This document shows, piece after piece, positions 25,430 to 39,887 of a DNA stretch of 64,000 nucleotides (position 1 is its first letter; each line of letters begins with the position of its first letter). A program made the translations under genes and the position numbers. The stretch spans positions 21,206,001-21,270,000 of the forward strand of contig NC_045696.1 of assembly GCF_009834535.1 (NCBI RefSeq). The letters are read 5' to 3'. Under the pieces are notes generated by a model. It ran no database searches and was not told the DNA's origin. It was given only the letters and a program-made list of their open reading frames with translations. This stretch comes from Camelus ferus (taxonomy: Eukaryota).

Positions 25430-26826
25430 ACTTCATTATTCTGCTTCCAGGAAGAAGGAATGGATATGGTTTTCCTTATTCCACTGTTAAGTATAGCTAA
25501 CAACACTGTAAATTGTATATAAAACAAATATAAAAAGACTTTGAAAGGAGCAGAGAGGGAGTCAGACCTATTAGGGATCTTGGGACCAAAGCAATAACCC
25601 ATGATGAGATCCTTGGGTTTTCTTTTTTGCCTCGTACATCCAAAACCTGGAAGTGAGGCAGCCAGAAGCTTGGAAACACCAATGAGTATAGCCAAAAATC
25701 CCCTAAAAAAGCCTGCTCTTTTTGACAAATAGTCCAAGAAAGGGGTAGCTGAGCAGGACATAACATTCTTAGAGAATAACATCTGTACTCCAACCAAACA
25801 ATGCAGAAAAACTCTATGGTCCAAAGCACATCCCTACAAACAAAGACCAAGATGGGAGACTTCCATCTTCACCAGGCTGTAGCAAGTACTCCAACTGTAT
25901 TTCTGGGTTGGTGGCAGAGAAAGCTGATTAGGGACTTGGGATTTTCATTCTGACAGTTAGTAACGACACCCCCCTGACCCCGTCAGAGTCAGTGGAGGTA
26001 ATTTGGAGAACACAAACTGCTAACCCCATGCAGCAGTTAGGAGGGACCTCTTTTCCTTCCTGTTGGACTGATATCACAGGAGTCTGGTGGAGAGTCAGGA
26101 ATTCTACCTCCATCCAAATGTATTCTATGTGGTTTAAGTAACAAGGCATGACTCCCATCAGTTGCAGGAGGGGCGCCAGAGGAAAGCTTAAATAAGACCC
26201 AGAGTCTCACAATATAACACACAAAATAAAGAGATTTCAGTTGAAATCACAGGTTACATCAGGAACTAAGTTGATCTCAAATGAAATTTAAAAGAAGAAA
26301 ATCAATAGACGTCAGCACCAAAATGATAGAGATGTTAGAATTATCTGACACAGAGTTTACAACAGCCATGATAAAAATGCTTCAACAAGCATGGCACATA
26401 TGCTTGAGTCAAATGAAAATTAGACAGTCTCAGCAAAGAAATAGAATATCTAAAAAGGATTGAATGGAAAATTTAAAACTAAAAGTAAAGTAAAGTGAAC
26501 TAAAACTAAAATTAGATAAAAATAGAACTAAAAATAAAATAAAATAAAAACTCAGTGAATGGGCTCATCAACAAAATGGAGGTGGGAGGAGAAGAAATCA
26601 GTGAACTTCATGATAGAACAACAGAAATTACTCACACTGAATAATTTAGAAAAAAAAATCTGAATAAAATGAAAAGAGCCTCGCGGATCTGTGGCACTGT
26701 AAGAGATCTCTTATTCACATCACCAAGATCTCAAAAGAGAGGAGGAATAAGGTGGAGCTGAAAAAGTACCTGAAATAATAATGATTAAAATTGACCAGAT
26801 TTAGCAGAAGACAGAAATGTACAGAT
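25430..26826 (+). mobile_element. Old L1M 5' UTR plus degraded ORF1
   Basis: cttccaggaagaaggaatgga 5' end; ORF 26281-26463 contains MIEMLELSDTEFTTAMIKMLQQ, like L1M ORF1; gaaatcagtgaacttcatgatagaac follows. Confidence 0.78.
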
Positions 26827-28056
26827 ATATTTTTAAATGATATATTAAATATACCACTCAATTATTTTATTATTATTTCTATATGTTAGAATCATAAAAC
26901 TTTCTATTTTATTAAGCCAAGGCTTTTTCTTGCAATTTCTTATCTTAGTCTTCGATCTCTGATCAGTGCGCATGGTCTGTCTCCATCTGACTTCAGTTCA
27001 GTCTCCAGTTTCCTCCCCGACTTCCCTAAACTCAGTCCCTTCCAGCATATTAACCAATACCACACTGAAGAAATGCATCCTGAACTTCCATTATAATATT
27101 TTATTTCTTTTACTTTCACCATTTCTTGCTCTACTGTTCAAAAATATTATATTAATTCCATTGCTCCTTTCCTAATGTAATTCCCATTAAATATTGATAA
27201 AAAACTGTCCTATAGCTCAAAAATTTAAATGTAGCAGGTATTTCTGATGCCCTTCTTTCCAGTAATTGGGCTTTTAATTTTTTCTGTATTAATTTTATAC
27301 TGAATGTTCATGCAAGGTTTACTGGATCAGAGACAAATTAACTGTTATTACTTACATTATTTATAATAACTGCTTTGATACCTTTTGCTTCATTTCTACC
27401 CTGGGATAACACAATGAAAGCCAAATGGAAAAACCTCCTGCAGGAGTGGTCAGATGCTCCTTGGGAGAGAGATAGAAAAAAAAAAAAAAGATTTTCTTTA
27501 CTTTTAAAGATTAAACTGTCTATTACACTTCCTCACTTTCTCGGAGTATCTACTTGGGAAGTACTGAGACTGAGTCATAGTGCTGACGCTTTGGTATATT
27601 AATAGACTTCTCCAAGGGCCAGAAAAACCCAGTGTCATCAACCAGATTTGTGTCCAAGATACTAAGCCTCATTTCCCCTTGATATGGAAACACATACCTT
27701 TGGAGTTAAATTTCTCTGACATTCTCTCACTATAGTAGTAAATATAGTAGTAAATTAACTTATAAGTCTTTCTCTTAAAACAGGGTCCCACATTTCAACA
27801 AAATGTTTTCAAAAAGCCCTAACTGTGCAGAAGCACAAAAATATTTTATCCACTTAGCTCCAACATAGGAAACCTGAACTTAGATTCAAAGGTTGGAATG
27901 AGGAAAGTATGACTAGAGCAGAAAACACATTGATACCTGCTTTTAATTTGAAAAATGAATGGAAGGATGATAGTGTGAAATGGAGGAGGAAGAAGCTGCA
28001 GAAGAAAATTGAAGAGATTGTGAATTAAATGATAACAAATTTGATCACACAATTTA

Positions 28057-28410
28057 TTTAATTTTTTTTACAGAAGTACAGTCAGTTACAGTGTGTCAAT
28101 TTCTGGTATATAACACAATGTCCCAGTCATACATATATTTTTTCTCATATTCTTCTTCATTAAAGCCTATTACAAGATATTGAACAGGAGTTTCCTGTGC
28201 TATACAAAAGAAACTTTAAAATCTAATTTTATACATGATGGTTAACATTTGTAAATCTCAAACCCCCAAATTTATCCCTTCCCACCCTCTTTCCCTGGTA
28301 ACCATAAGATTGTTTACTATGTCTGCGAGTCTGTTTCTGTTTTGTGGATGAATTCATAGGATCCTTTTTTTTTTTTCAATTCCACATATGAGTGACATCA
28401 TATGGTATTT
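28057..28410 (-). mobile_element. Young 5'-truncated L1 3' end (camelid-like)
   Basis: Antisense L1 3' UTR (gaagtacagtcagttacagtgtgtcaatttctgg...ggtaaccataag); 17-bp TSD tttgatcacacaattta (28040-28056) / tttgatcatacaattta (28411-28427). Confidence 0.92.
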
Positions 28411-28905
28411 TTTGATCATACAATTTAAATGACACAATATTTTTTTCTATTGGCAAAGAAAAACAAAATAAGTAAAAACTCTTCTAAGTAGATTATCTGA
28501 TCTGATTTGAATTCTACAAATATAAATACACCTTAATAATAATAAACTTCAGTACAAATGATTGTTTTCATTTGTATAGGCAAAATAACCCTATTTAAGA
28601 AATTTTTTTAAAATATTAAGCTTTTTTAAGAGATCATAATTTCGATTATAAGAGTCTTCTTACTGTAGACATATCTGATTTTGCTTAGATTTACTCATCA
28701 TTGGATAAGTTCCTTCTTAAGGGAACATAATGCATATTATCTTGCAATTCTAAGTAAAGGATTATAAATGCTCACATTCGACACTGGAATATACTAGAAA
28801 TTTAAAAGAAGGCTATGATATCTTAACCAAGTTATTCAGTAATTCATATTTTAAATTTTATTCCAATTTATTCACATAAATAAATTTTTACTCAATTTTT
28901 CTTCT

Positions 28906-29356
28906 GTGGTAAGAAAAGTATGTTTTCAAGCTCTCTTTCTGCATTTGCAGAATGAACCACCTGAGTCCATGCCTTTCCAAGCAGAAGCCAAAACTTACTT
29001 TCTAGCCTTCCCTGGTAAGGAGATCATAGGCATGAAAGGACTCCTCTTATCAGGTCAGTGGGTGTGGTTTGGGGTCAGAAATAAGAGTAGAGTTCTTTCT
29101 GGCAAAGGAGGATCAGAGACACCCCTCTGCAGGGCAGCAGGGGCAAAGGCAGAAGTGGTGTCATTTGATTTGTTCTGTGGCTGCACAAAGGTGTCTTCAT
29201 GGTGGCAGTGGAGTAGTATTCCTGGCTGGGCAGGCTTCAGGCCTGGTGTTCACATCTTAATGAAGACAAGTCATGCTGCACAATACCCTTTAATAGGTTA
29301 ATTTTTCTGTTAAACTAGACCAGGTCTTGTTTCTTGTAACTAAGGTCTTGATAGAG
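28906..29356 (+). mobile_element. Old ERVL LTR (LTR33-like)
   Basis: TG start; gcagaagccaaaacttactttctagccttccc; 3' end tttctgttaaactagacc...ttcttgtaactaag. Confidence 0.55.
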
Positions 29357-29389
29357 TAAGTAAACAAACTTGGGGTCAGCTAATAGATT

Positions 29390-29510
29390 TCTCTCATTTT
29401 ATGCGGCAAAATGTGATGTTCAGAAACTGATTTCATTTCCTAAGATGTACAGCCAGGTAGGAATAAAATCAGGATTAGAGCCCATGTCTTTCAAATGCAA
29501 ATCCTATATA
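29390..29510 (-). mobile_element. MIR SINE
   Basis: ctcattttatgc...cctaagatgtacagccaggtagg...caggattagagcccatgtct. Confidence 0.55.
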
Positions 29511-30529
29511 TTTCCATGAAAAAACTGCACATATAGTTCTTTTTTTTAAGTCCAGATTTTTAAAAATACCTAAATATCTGGATATCTTATTCCACCCCAA
29601 AATTTACAACTATGTGAATTTGCTTATTTTGTCTTATCAATATAGTTAAAAAATAGTTAAAATTGACTATGACAGAAATTCTTTTTGTGGTATTAAAACT
29701 ACAGAGAAAGAAACCCATCACATCTTAACAACTGTGTCAATGAAAAAGCCTCAGATTTCTAATCATTTGCTACAGAAAGGACTAGGCTAGGTTTGCCTAA
29801 CTATCAATTCAGTAGATGGGGTAAGGGGGAGGCTATCTACTTCCCATTGCTCTCTGGGCCTTTTAAAAACCGTTATAGACAAACGATCCAAAAAATGTTT
29901 CCTTTGGGTCCACAGTTACTAAGCTTTAAAGCTATTATTTCTTTAAAAAGAAATGATAAACTACAGGAAATTATTTATGGGTTCAGGTTGTCCTTCTCTG
30001 TAATATGTGACTTGCGCCCCTGACCTGAAGGTTGTATGTCTTGGGTCTTTTTAAAGACATGGATGAATGAATCTTTGAGCTAAGAATCATATTATGGTAA
30101 GCATCTTTCTCCTTGAATACTTTTCATTCTGCTCTCAGCTCTCTAATTCAGGAAATATTAGATTAGAAACACTAGAAATTCTCAAAGGTTATAGCTGCAT
30201 ATGTGAAGAAAAATGATCTTAAAGATAGCTAAGGACTAAGCCACATATCAAAACTAACACTTGTGCTGCTCTGAGGAGCAAAATGGCTGCCCACACACTC
30301 TATAGAGCAAGTAATATAACTCACTGGGGAGACATGATTAAAGAAATCACACATATATCACGGGCAGAGCACTCCAAAATGTCCTTTTAGGATTGCCCTG
30401 GAAATATGCATGGTAGGAATTTATTCTTGAGATTTAAATCTTAGGAAATGTAGATTTTGCCTCAAATTTAAAAAGCATAATTTATAATGTTCATGTTTGT
30501 TTATTTCTTCTTTTTTTAAAATTTATTTC

Positions 30530-30870
30530 CTTTACAAATATTTATCACAGCTTTAATGCTCAAATTGCTATGGTAGCAACTAGGGCATGTAAAGGAAACG
30601 GTACAGACAAAGATCTATCACTTAATGGAACATATATTCCAGTGAGAAAGAGAAAAAAATTGAGAAGGAATCATAATTACTATGATAAATACCCAGAGAA
30701 AGGCAACAGAAAAACTCATACATGGGCATCTAATATAGGCTATTGTATACAAGAAAAGCTTCAAATTAGGTATAATGTTTGAACTAAGACTTGAATCATG
30801 AGTAGTATTTAGTTAGAAGAAGAAATGAGAAAAATGATTCAGGGAAAGAATACATTCAAATTGGACCTGA
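30530..30870 (-). mobile_element. L2 3' fragment
   Basis: acagacaaagatctatcacttaatggaacatatattccagtg...tttgaactaagacttgaa. Confidence 0.55.
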
Positions 30871-31009
30871 CCTTAGGTGCAACTTTGAATTGTGGTATTT
30901 GTTTTGGTAACATGCCAAGTCACGTGGCTTTCATCCTTCCTGCTTTCTTTCCTAATGCTTATGTATTTTATTACTGCAACCCCGTCGTGCATTCTACCTT
31001 CCAAATATC

Positions 31010-31765
31010 CTGGAAAATCCTAACACCCTTCTCTCCCCAATGCCATTGCTTTAGTTAGGACCATATGGTTTGTTGTTGGGATTACTAAATCAACCTTCTA
31101 ATGGATGTCTCTGTTCTGGGCTATCAGTTCTCACTTCTTCCAGCCTCTTCATCTCGGAGTCACCCTTCACACTGAAGCTAGTGAATATATTTAAAAACTA
31201 TATTTAGTGAGCAATCTTCTCCAGTAGTTAAAATGCTTCAGTGTCACCTCATTAAAGTATTTGGTTAAAATTTGAAGACCTTAGTACAAAGCTCTTGGCC
31301 ATGTTTTTTGACCACCAGACAACTCTGAGCACCTTTTCTACTTTGGGGGATTAACAAGGCATTTTAAGATGTGGCCTTTTCCTGCCTTCTTATTTACTAT
31401 TATGTTATAAATTCTCTCTTTATTTCAACCGAAAAGAACCACTTTTAGTAACCCCGAGATACAGCAGTCTTTACATGGAGGTTTTCCTATGGACTACATT
31501 TCCTGTTACCCATCTTTCTTCCATCTCTTCCTGAAAAGTTCTTATGTGCCTATTTATACTTAGTTGTTGTCACCTACTCTACCAGCTGTAAATGTATTTA
31601 TTTGCCCTGCATCTGTATTATACCCTGATTCTCTTCATTTAATTGTTTTCACAATATTTTATATGTCTCTGCCAGTTCAAACTGTGCTCATCACAGGATA
31701 TTTGTGTCCTAGCACAGAGAAGTCTGTAGATTTGTAGGAATGTAATAAAGATAAAATGAATGAAT
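31010..31765 (+). mobile_element. L2 3' fragment
   Basis: ggattactaaatcaaccttctaatgg...taaaatgcttcagtg...cctagcacag...tgaatgaatg terminus. Confidence 0.6.
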
Positions 31766-33563
31766 GCCTTTAGTATTCCACATTGTCTCAATTGAGAGTA
31801 CAAGTTTTAAAGAAAATATTTATGAATTTTCCGTGATGACTTTTCTTTGTATAGGTGATTTTTCTTTGCCATAATTATTTATAATTACAAACTATAAATG
31901 CTATAAAATATATATAACACTTTATTCTTAAAACTAAGAATAATAGTGAGTTTTAATAATGTCATTAAATATTTGCACATGTTCCCAATAAGTGTAAGAG
32001 TTTATTTTCAATGTGTATAATGGACTTTTGAAATATCATTTTGAGACAAACTGAAATGCATGAAATATGAGTCACAAATATGATTCAGACATCCCAGGTT
32101 ATAGGCCATGCTCAGCATGCACACTGCTGAATTGGTAAATAATTTATATCAACATGAGGTGGTGAAAGTAACTGGGAAACGAAAACTGTTTTCCCACTCA
32201 GATTGCCTTTACTGAGGCAGAAGAAAGAACTTTTTAGGCAAAGATTGGTAACATTTCCTTTTCTATCTAATTCCTTTCTTTTTCTTTTGTTCACATTTTT
32301 CTACCCCGTTCTTCTTGCTTCTACATGCACGAAAATTTAGCTTCAAAAGAGTAGATAAATCTTTTTATAGTATTGGAATATTTTTGTAATATACAAAACC
32401 AAATCTAAATATATAGCTATTTCTATACATATGTATGTATAGATATGTGTATTTATATATATCAGAATATGTATCTCATATATTTATACAAATATATTTT
32501 TTCATGAAGTGAGAAAGGATTTCACTAATAATTTGCCCAACCTCTCTAGTTATAGCCCTTCTGACACAAAGCATATAATCAACATTTGTTGATTGTTTTT
32601 ATCAGGCTTATAGTCACTGTTTATACAAGATAAAAACTATCTATTTTTAATTCCTGTTCGAAGGATGCTAATCTTCCTTAGCCCTTTCCCAAGTCCTGTT
32701 CAGAAAATACTTGCTCACTTGAAATTTGGACAATCTTCCCTGGAGAGTTGGGTCTATCTTCAATTAGTAACTCGCTGTAAAAGGCACTACAGGAAGTACT
32801 CTGGGAAAAATTAAAACTAAGTGGTAAGTCTCTGCTTCTGGCCACAATAGAATAAGAGGGCCTGGACTTAAACTCACTGTAATGAAAAGCAAACAAGCAA
32901 ATCAAGCACCAACCTGAACAAAATATATAAAGCAATAGTTTTCAGACATTGAATTAACAGGTAATATAGGTCTATGATCCCCAACGGAAGGAAAATGAAT
33001 TAGAAATCCTACAACCTCCTTAGATTTCTGCCTGCTGACGCATTTGGTTCTCAGGGCATGAGAAGTGACCATAAACAAAGACTAGCAGTCTCTTTAGTTA
33101 AAATGACAGAGATTCAAAAAGCTCAAGTGTCTGAATGCCGAGGGAGAAATTCTGGAAAGGATGAAGCCACACAGAAAATGAGTTTCAGGTATCTGCACAA
33201 AGGGCACATTATGTCTTTGTTGAACACTGAGTTTTGTGTGTATGGTGCGGCTCCACAAGGGCCAGCAAAAATGGCAGGAATTCTAAGATGAACAGCTCCC
33301 AGATGCTCCAGAGAGCATGAAGTTGTTCGATCTCCATCTTTCCTGATTATCCAGGGCATCCAGTAACAATGCTAGAGGGTCTCACCTTGGTAGAAATGCA
33401 AAACCGTATTTAAAGTCCACTTGGCACCATCACAAACAAAGCATGAAGCAAATCCTCTAAAGAGGTAGCTGGTAAGCAAATAACTTCGTTGTTCAAAAGG
33501 AGGAAGTCCAATGCTCTTTCAAGGAATAAAACAACCCAGACACTTTACAATGTGTTTTGAAGT

Positions 33564-34620
33564 TGCACCACAGAGAATTCCTCTCGGCCAAAACTTGGTT
33601 TAGATGCCGTGTTTAGATGTGTGTCACATATGCACCAAGAGAGTATGTAAGTATTTATTGGGTGTGGTAATTTCAGCCTCAGTGTTGACCAAGGCCTTGA
33701 AGTTTAATTGGTGCATCTTAGCCCCTGTTAGAATTTCTTTAGATAACCTGTTGTAGAGGCACAAAGCTAATTGGCAAAAAAGAGATAGACCATTGCCCAA
33801 CTGTAAGGAAGCACCTACTAGTCCTTTCAGTGCCACTTAACCTTGTGAAAGCTGAGAAGGTCAATAGTTGTTTCTTGAGAGTGAGACAATGATCAGTCTC
33901 TTTTTGTGTGTGAAATCCTCTGTATTTCTATCTCTTGAATGAGTATGGCAAATGAATCTTTTTGGAAAAAGATGTCACCAATGTAACATCAAACCTCTAT
34001 TCTTGTTGAAAGTTGGATTCCATAATTTTAGCCCAAGTATTGATTAAGGTCTCAAAGGTTTGTTTACATTTTAGCATCTGCTAGACTTAATTTAATAACC
34101 TACATTGTAGAGGCATAAGATTCAATTGCCACTCTTTTTATTGTTCTAGTGTATATTTTTAGTAAATGTTGGATTTCCATTGTGTCTTTACTCCCCTGAA
34201 TCAAGGCTTTTTTTCTTTTTTTTCTTTTTTTTCTTTTTGGTGATTACTGGATAAACTTCCAGGGAGGCAGGTGCTCTTCTCCACCCTGCTTATATTTATA
34301 AGTTTTTCTTCTCTATTGTCCCAAATTAGTATCATCAGTATGATGGGACTTATCCATGACAATTGCTACTTTTTGGAGTTTAGGGACCCAGGCTTAAGTT
34401 GGGTTTGAATTAACTCCTTGGCATATTAAAAAGCCTTGGCACTCAAATCAAAAGTCTTTAATAATTCCTCTTACAGTTGTCCAGTAGGCTGATAGTGTTA
34501 TCTGTCCATTTAAGAGGGATGGATACAAAGAGTTTGGGGCCAATTTTTAATAGAATTTGTGCTAAAGGGTGCCATATGTGTCTTTTTTCTATAGCCCTTA
34601 GAATCAGAGATCATATATAC
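33564..34620 (-). mobile_element. ERVL-type LTR piece plus internal remnant (tentative)
   Basis: The left end (ccaaaacttggtttagatg...caccaagagagtatg...tttatt) resembles the LTR at 10761; the rest is non-L1 sequence separating two L1 pieces. Confidence 0.4.
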
Positions 34621-35281
34621 ATTTGTAGAATCCTTAAAAAACATTAGCCATTGAAGTCTAACAGTTTAAAAAGAATAACCATAATAATAATGTGGACTTT
34701 ATCTCAGGAATGCAAGGTTGATTTAGCATTCACAATTCAATCAAATTTTTGATTCATCCTATGAACAGATAAAAGTAAAAAGATGTAAGATCATTTTAAT
34801 GGATGGACTAATGATAAAAATTCTTAGCAAACTAGAAAGAGAAGGAAACATTCCTCATTCTGGTAAATGGATTCCATAAAAAAATCTATAGTTGAGATCA
34901 TATTTCATTATAAAAGACTGAATGCTTTCCCCCTAACTTTGGGAATATGTCAAAAATATCTGCTCTATCATTTTTATTCCACATTGTACTGGAGATTTTA
35001 CTCAATACTGTAAGGCAATAAATTTTTTATAAAGCTTACAAATTGGAAAAGGACTGTAACTACAGTTAATTCAGAGATAATCTAATCTAGTAATAAACAA
35101 TTAGAAACCAAAACAAAGAAGCACTAAAACAAAATGCATAGTTAAATTGCATATGTTTACAATCTATACATTGTAAAAAAAAAAATTAGAAAAACTAAAG
35201 AAGACCTAAATACAGAGATGTAGCATGCACACGCATCAGAAAATTCAATATTGTAATGCTAATTCTCCCCAAAATGATCTA

Positions 35282-35978
35282 TGGGAACTACAAACTCTCA
35301 GCACAGATGACTGTCCAACCCTGCTGCACACTCCTGGCCTTGCACTAAGGGACTTAACCAAACTGTAGCATAGCTTCTATTGACTCAAGGCCATGTCCCT
35401 AGAATGATCCTAGCCCTCCTTAAAATGATGACCTGAGAAAGCTCAACACTGCCAAAAGAATGTACTGTTTGTTCCATTCAAAACCTCACTATAGGCCTTT
35501 TCATAGGTAATTTTTCTTTAGGAAGTTTTTCCTAAATCCTTTCTCTACTCCTTTGAGATGTAAATTTCCTACAACTCAGATATATTTCCTCCTGGACCTG
35601 GGAGCCATCTCCTTGAAAATAAAACATTTAGGGAGATAGCTTTCAGTTCCTACGGAAGGATAAGAGCCAGCCTCTGATAAGACCCTTATTCCAATTGCAG
35701 AACTTCCTCCCATCATAAAGAGATGTCAGCTTTTCCTCTGGATAAAGAATTGTGCCAATTAGCAAACACAGATGGCCTAATCACATTGACCAATATATTC
35801 CTCCCAATATCCTTCAGTACTTTTACATTAGGGCGTCCCAGCATTTAAAAGCCTCTTGCCTTTAGTTTTAGTAGAGTTGAGCCCAGTTTATGTTGCAGTC
35901 TCTCTCCCCTACAGTAGTCTGAATAAAATCTGTCTTATTATTTTTAACAAGTAGCTGGTGAATAATTTCTCTTTTATG
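35282..35978 (+). mobile_element. ERV1-class solo LTR (MER67-like)
   Basis: ctcaaggccatgtccctagaatga...cctgagaaagctcaac...gccaaaagaatgtactgtttgttcc; AATAAA near the 3' end; 4-bp TSD tcta / tcta interrupting L1 ORF2. Confidence 0.78.
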
Positions 35979-38049
35979 TCTATGTCTTCAATAAAATCTC
36001 AGTCAAAACCCCTAAAGGCCTTTTTGCAGAACTTAAAGGCTGAATCTACAATGTACGTAGAAATAAGAAAAACCCCATAATGGCCCCCTGAAAAATTTGG
36101 AGGAATAAACTACTTTAATTCAAGACTTACAATAAAGCTATAGTACCAAAACAGTGTGGTATTGATAAAAGATTAAACATATAGGAAAATGGAATAGAAT
36201 GGAGAGTCCAATAATAGAGCTACACATATACGGTTAATGGATTTTCTATGAAGGTGATAAAGTAATTCAATGAGAAAAAGTCTTCTCAGCAAAGGCTGGG
36301 ACAAGTCCAAAGTCAAAACAACTAATTTTGTAGTTGGAAAAAATTATTTACCACCCCTTATCTCACACCATATAAAATAGTATATAAAATACACCATAGA
36401 ATTGATCATTAACACTTTAAGAAGAAAACAGGAGAAAATGTTTGCAATCTATCTAAATTTTATTAGGATATAAAAAGCACAAACCGTATGTTTAGAAAAA
36501 TGATAAATTATACATCATCAAAATATTGTTCCGAACATAAAAGACAAGCTGTGGACAGGGAAAAATATTTGCAATATGCATAGAAGATAAAGGAGTTTTA
36601 TCTACATAGTATAATAAATTAATACCACACAATAATAAGAAAGCAAAACACAAATAAGATATGGACAAAACTTTGGAACAGTGCTTTTTATAAGCACATT
36701 TAAACATTTTGACATAATTAGTCAGAGAAATACATATTAAAACTATACTTAGTTGTCACTACACATCCATCTGAAAGTCTTAAATTAATAAGAATATTAA
36801 TTTGGTGACAATGTGTAATGGCTAGAATGTCCATATATTTCTGGTGGGAATGTGAACTGGCACAAGCACTTGTAAAACTATTTGGTCCACTTTTACGTAA
36901 AATATGCATTTACGTATGTCCCAGAAATTCTACTCTGCAATATTCTACTCAGATCAATGAAAATATATGTCCACGCAATGACTTGTACATGAATATTCAC
37001 TGCAGTTTTATTCATAATGATAATAAAAAGAGAAACAACCCAAATGACCATCCACTAGACCACTGAATGACCAAACTGACTATAGTATATCCTTATAATG
37101 GAATAGCACTCACACACAGCAAGGGACAAATCATTACTATATGAAACAATATGGCTTAATGTCCAAACATCATTTCAAGTGGAAGGAAAAAAACAGTAGA
37201 TAACATCACAATATATATACTGAATGATTTTATTGATATGAAACTCTGAAAAAGAGAGGTCTTACCTAGTACTGGTGACTGGGAGTAGATCTGTGGTTGC
37301 TTAAGGCTAGGAGAGTGTCTGTATGTGACCGGGAAGGGGTGATAAAAATGTTTGACGTATTGAAATTTTGGTTACCCGAGTATATGCATTTGTCTCAGCT
37401 GATTGAACTATAAAATGGGTACATATTATTATATGTAAAATTAGACTTTCAGAAGTTGATTTAAAATATGTTTATGTAAGGAATAAAAAAGTGCTCTGGG
37501 ACTTGTTATAAACCAAAACTTAGTTGACATGATAAAGTGTTTACAGTGAATTTGTCTTATGTACTTACACCATTTAAATGGAATCATTTGGACATATATA
37601 TCACAGGAAATTAGAAAGGGCATTGATATCTTGAACTCTTGCCAGAGGAGGCAACTGCAAATTTTCTTTGTCCAAATTTAGCAAAATCTTCATTTCCTCT
37701 CTGGCTCCCCAAGATTTTATCTTTGAATTAGTTCATATCATCAGTGAGTTGCAATTAATGGACTCTCATTTTTAATTCCAATACAAAAATTTATTTTCTT
37801 AAATTTATAATGTGTGGATCAAGCAGATAGTCTATGAAAATAACATTCAATTATTTTTATGCCAACAAATGATAACTTTGATTATTCTTTGGAAATTTTT
37901 TTCTCATAACACATCCTATATGGCATTTTGTTCTAAGCTTTGTTTCCCACAGGAAAGTGCTTCCTGAACAAGACTGAATCAGAGTGCAGCTTGTTTACAA
38001 GTGAAAAAATTAATGAAGATGCATTTCACAGCCATTAAAAAAAACAAAA

Positions 38050-38290
38050 CAAAAACTTATGGTTACCAAAAGGGAAGAGGGAGGGATAAATTAGGAGTTT
38101 GAGATTAGCAGATACAAACTACTATATATAAAATAGATAAACAACAAGTTTCTACTGTATAGCACAGGGAACTATATTCAATATCTTGTAATAACCTATA
38201 ATGATAAAGAATATATATATGCGTAATTGCATCACTTTGCTGTACACCGGAAACTAACATAACATTGTAAATCAACTGTACTTCAATAAA
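38050..38290 (+). mobile_element. L1 3' UTR end
   Basis: aacttatggttacc...ggagtttgagattagcagatacaaact...cattgtaaatcaactgtacttcaataaa. Confidence 0.9.
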
Positions 38291-38904
38291 TTTTTTTTTA
38301 GAAGCTACATTTTCAACCTCTTTCAAGTTTAATTTGGAGAATAGGATTTGTTACATTTTCCTACTTTTGAGAAGCTTAAAAGGGATGGGAAAAGGGAAGA
38401 CAGTGCTTTTTAAAAATCATAATTGCAATCAGGGACTCAATTTTAATTTAGAAGTTACTTGTTTTAGGGAACTTCTTCCTAGATGAAGTATTTGAACGCC
38501 ATGGGTACTTTCTTACTACTTTTTTTTCTCTATCGTAATGTTTGCACCAACTTATAATGTTTATTTGCTTGTAGTGCCTTAAGAAGTTACGTGTCATAAG
38601 CTTTGTAAGAATCCAAGCATTCTGTCTTTTTAAATCTTCAAAGTCCAGGGGGTTAGTAGCCATCAGACACTTTTAACCTGAATGCTTGTTGAATGTATGA
38701 CTCTTTAACACCAAAAAAAAAAAAAAAAAAGATGGCAGATGTGTGCATCATATACGCACATGAATACTGCGTGATCACACATTTCCATTCTGTGGCTGCC
38801 CTCCATCAATGCATGTTGGGAGTGCACCACTGTCGTGGCTACCTTTCACGTTTGCCACGTGGCTTTGATTTTTCTTTTCTTTTCTTTATTACTGTTCTTT
38901 CTGC

Positions 38905-38988
38905 ATATCTATTTATTTATTTAAATTTTTAAAAATTGAAGTGTAGTTGATTTATAAGGTTAGTTTCAGGTGCACAGCAAAGTGATTT
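38905..38988 (-). mobile_element. Very short L1 3' terminus
   Basis: attgaagtgtagttgatttata...gtttcaggtgcacagcaaagtgatt is an antisense L1 end; flanked by similar ttttctttatta sequences. Confidence 0.75.
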
Positions 38989-39049
38989 TTCTTTATTAAC
39001 ATTCTCTCACTTTGGGTGAACACATAGTCCCATATGTTAAAAACAATTA

Positions 39050-39887
39050 AAAGCTGAAGATATATATGTATGTACATAGGTATACAACTTCCTGAATCCA
39101 GGCGCCAATATCCAAAACCAACTCAATTTCTCACTTCTACTCTTCCTCTCTCCCTGATCCTCTCAGTCTGATAAAACACAGCAAAATGCTTATTTGATGT
39201 TTCTACTTGGATATATAATAAACATCTCAGAGTGAGGAACAACAACAACAAAAAACCACAGTCATGATCTATGCCACTGCCCTCACATTCGCTCCTTTTT
39301 TCTTCTCAGTTAATGGAAACTTCATCATTTAGTTTTTCTGACCCAGAACCATGACTCATGGCTTGTCTCCTCTTTTTCCTTTTTCTCCCACGGCTCACAT
39401 TCGATCTATCCACAACTCGTCTCTGTTCTATTTTTAAAACATGTCTAGAGTCCAACTGATTTCCACCATCTCCATCACTACTTCCCTGGCCCAAACACAA
39501 TAATCTCTCAATTGGATGATTGCAGTAGCCTCCTGGATGGTCCTCTGTCTTCCACCTGTGCCCTCATAAAGCCTAATCTCCAGGGAACAGGGGAAAAGAG
39601 CTTATTAAATTGTCAGTCACAGCACATCACTCCTCCGTTCAAAAGGAGTTAACAACTTCCAGCTCAGTATAAAACCTGAACTTCTGGCCACAGCTTACAA
39701 GATCCCTTGCAATTGGATTCCCTGTTAAGTCTGTGATCTTATAGCTTGCACTCTCCCCTTTGCTCACTCTGTGCAGTCCTCACAGGCTCTTGGGAGCTGC
39801 CACTATTTTTTTTCCCACTATTTTTTTAATGTGGTAACCATACTTTCACCTCGTGAACATTAATTTGTTATTCCTTTGGTCTGGAAA

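Larger units (their letters stand above)
32790..37470 (+). mobile_element. Old L1M: 5' remnant (32790-33560) and ORF2 plus 3' UTR (about 34630-37470), with two LTR-element insertions
   Basis: Near 34690 translates VDFISGMQG*FSIHNSI (L1 RT VGFIPGMQGWFNIRKSI); further L1 motifs caagacttacaataaagctatagt and ttctggtgggaatgtgaactgg. Confidence 0.8.

Noticed and set aside
25411..26463. Cluster of ORFs up to 137 aa
   Set aside because: L1M 5' UTR and ORF1 remnants with stops and frameshifts.
28906..29301. 131-aa ORF
   Set aside because: Coincides with an old LTR; non-ATG start; no domain recognised.
37930..38040. Plus-strand acceptor (tttcccacag) with short frame KCFLNKTESECSLFTSEKINEDAFHSH*
   Set aside because: No convincing donor or partner exon; runs into an L1 end.
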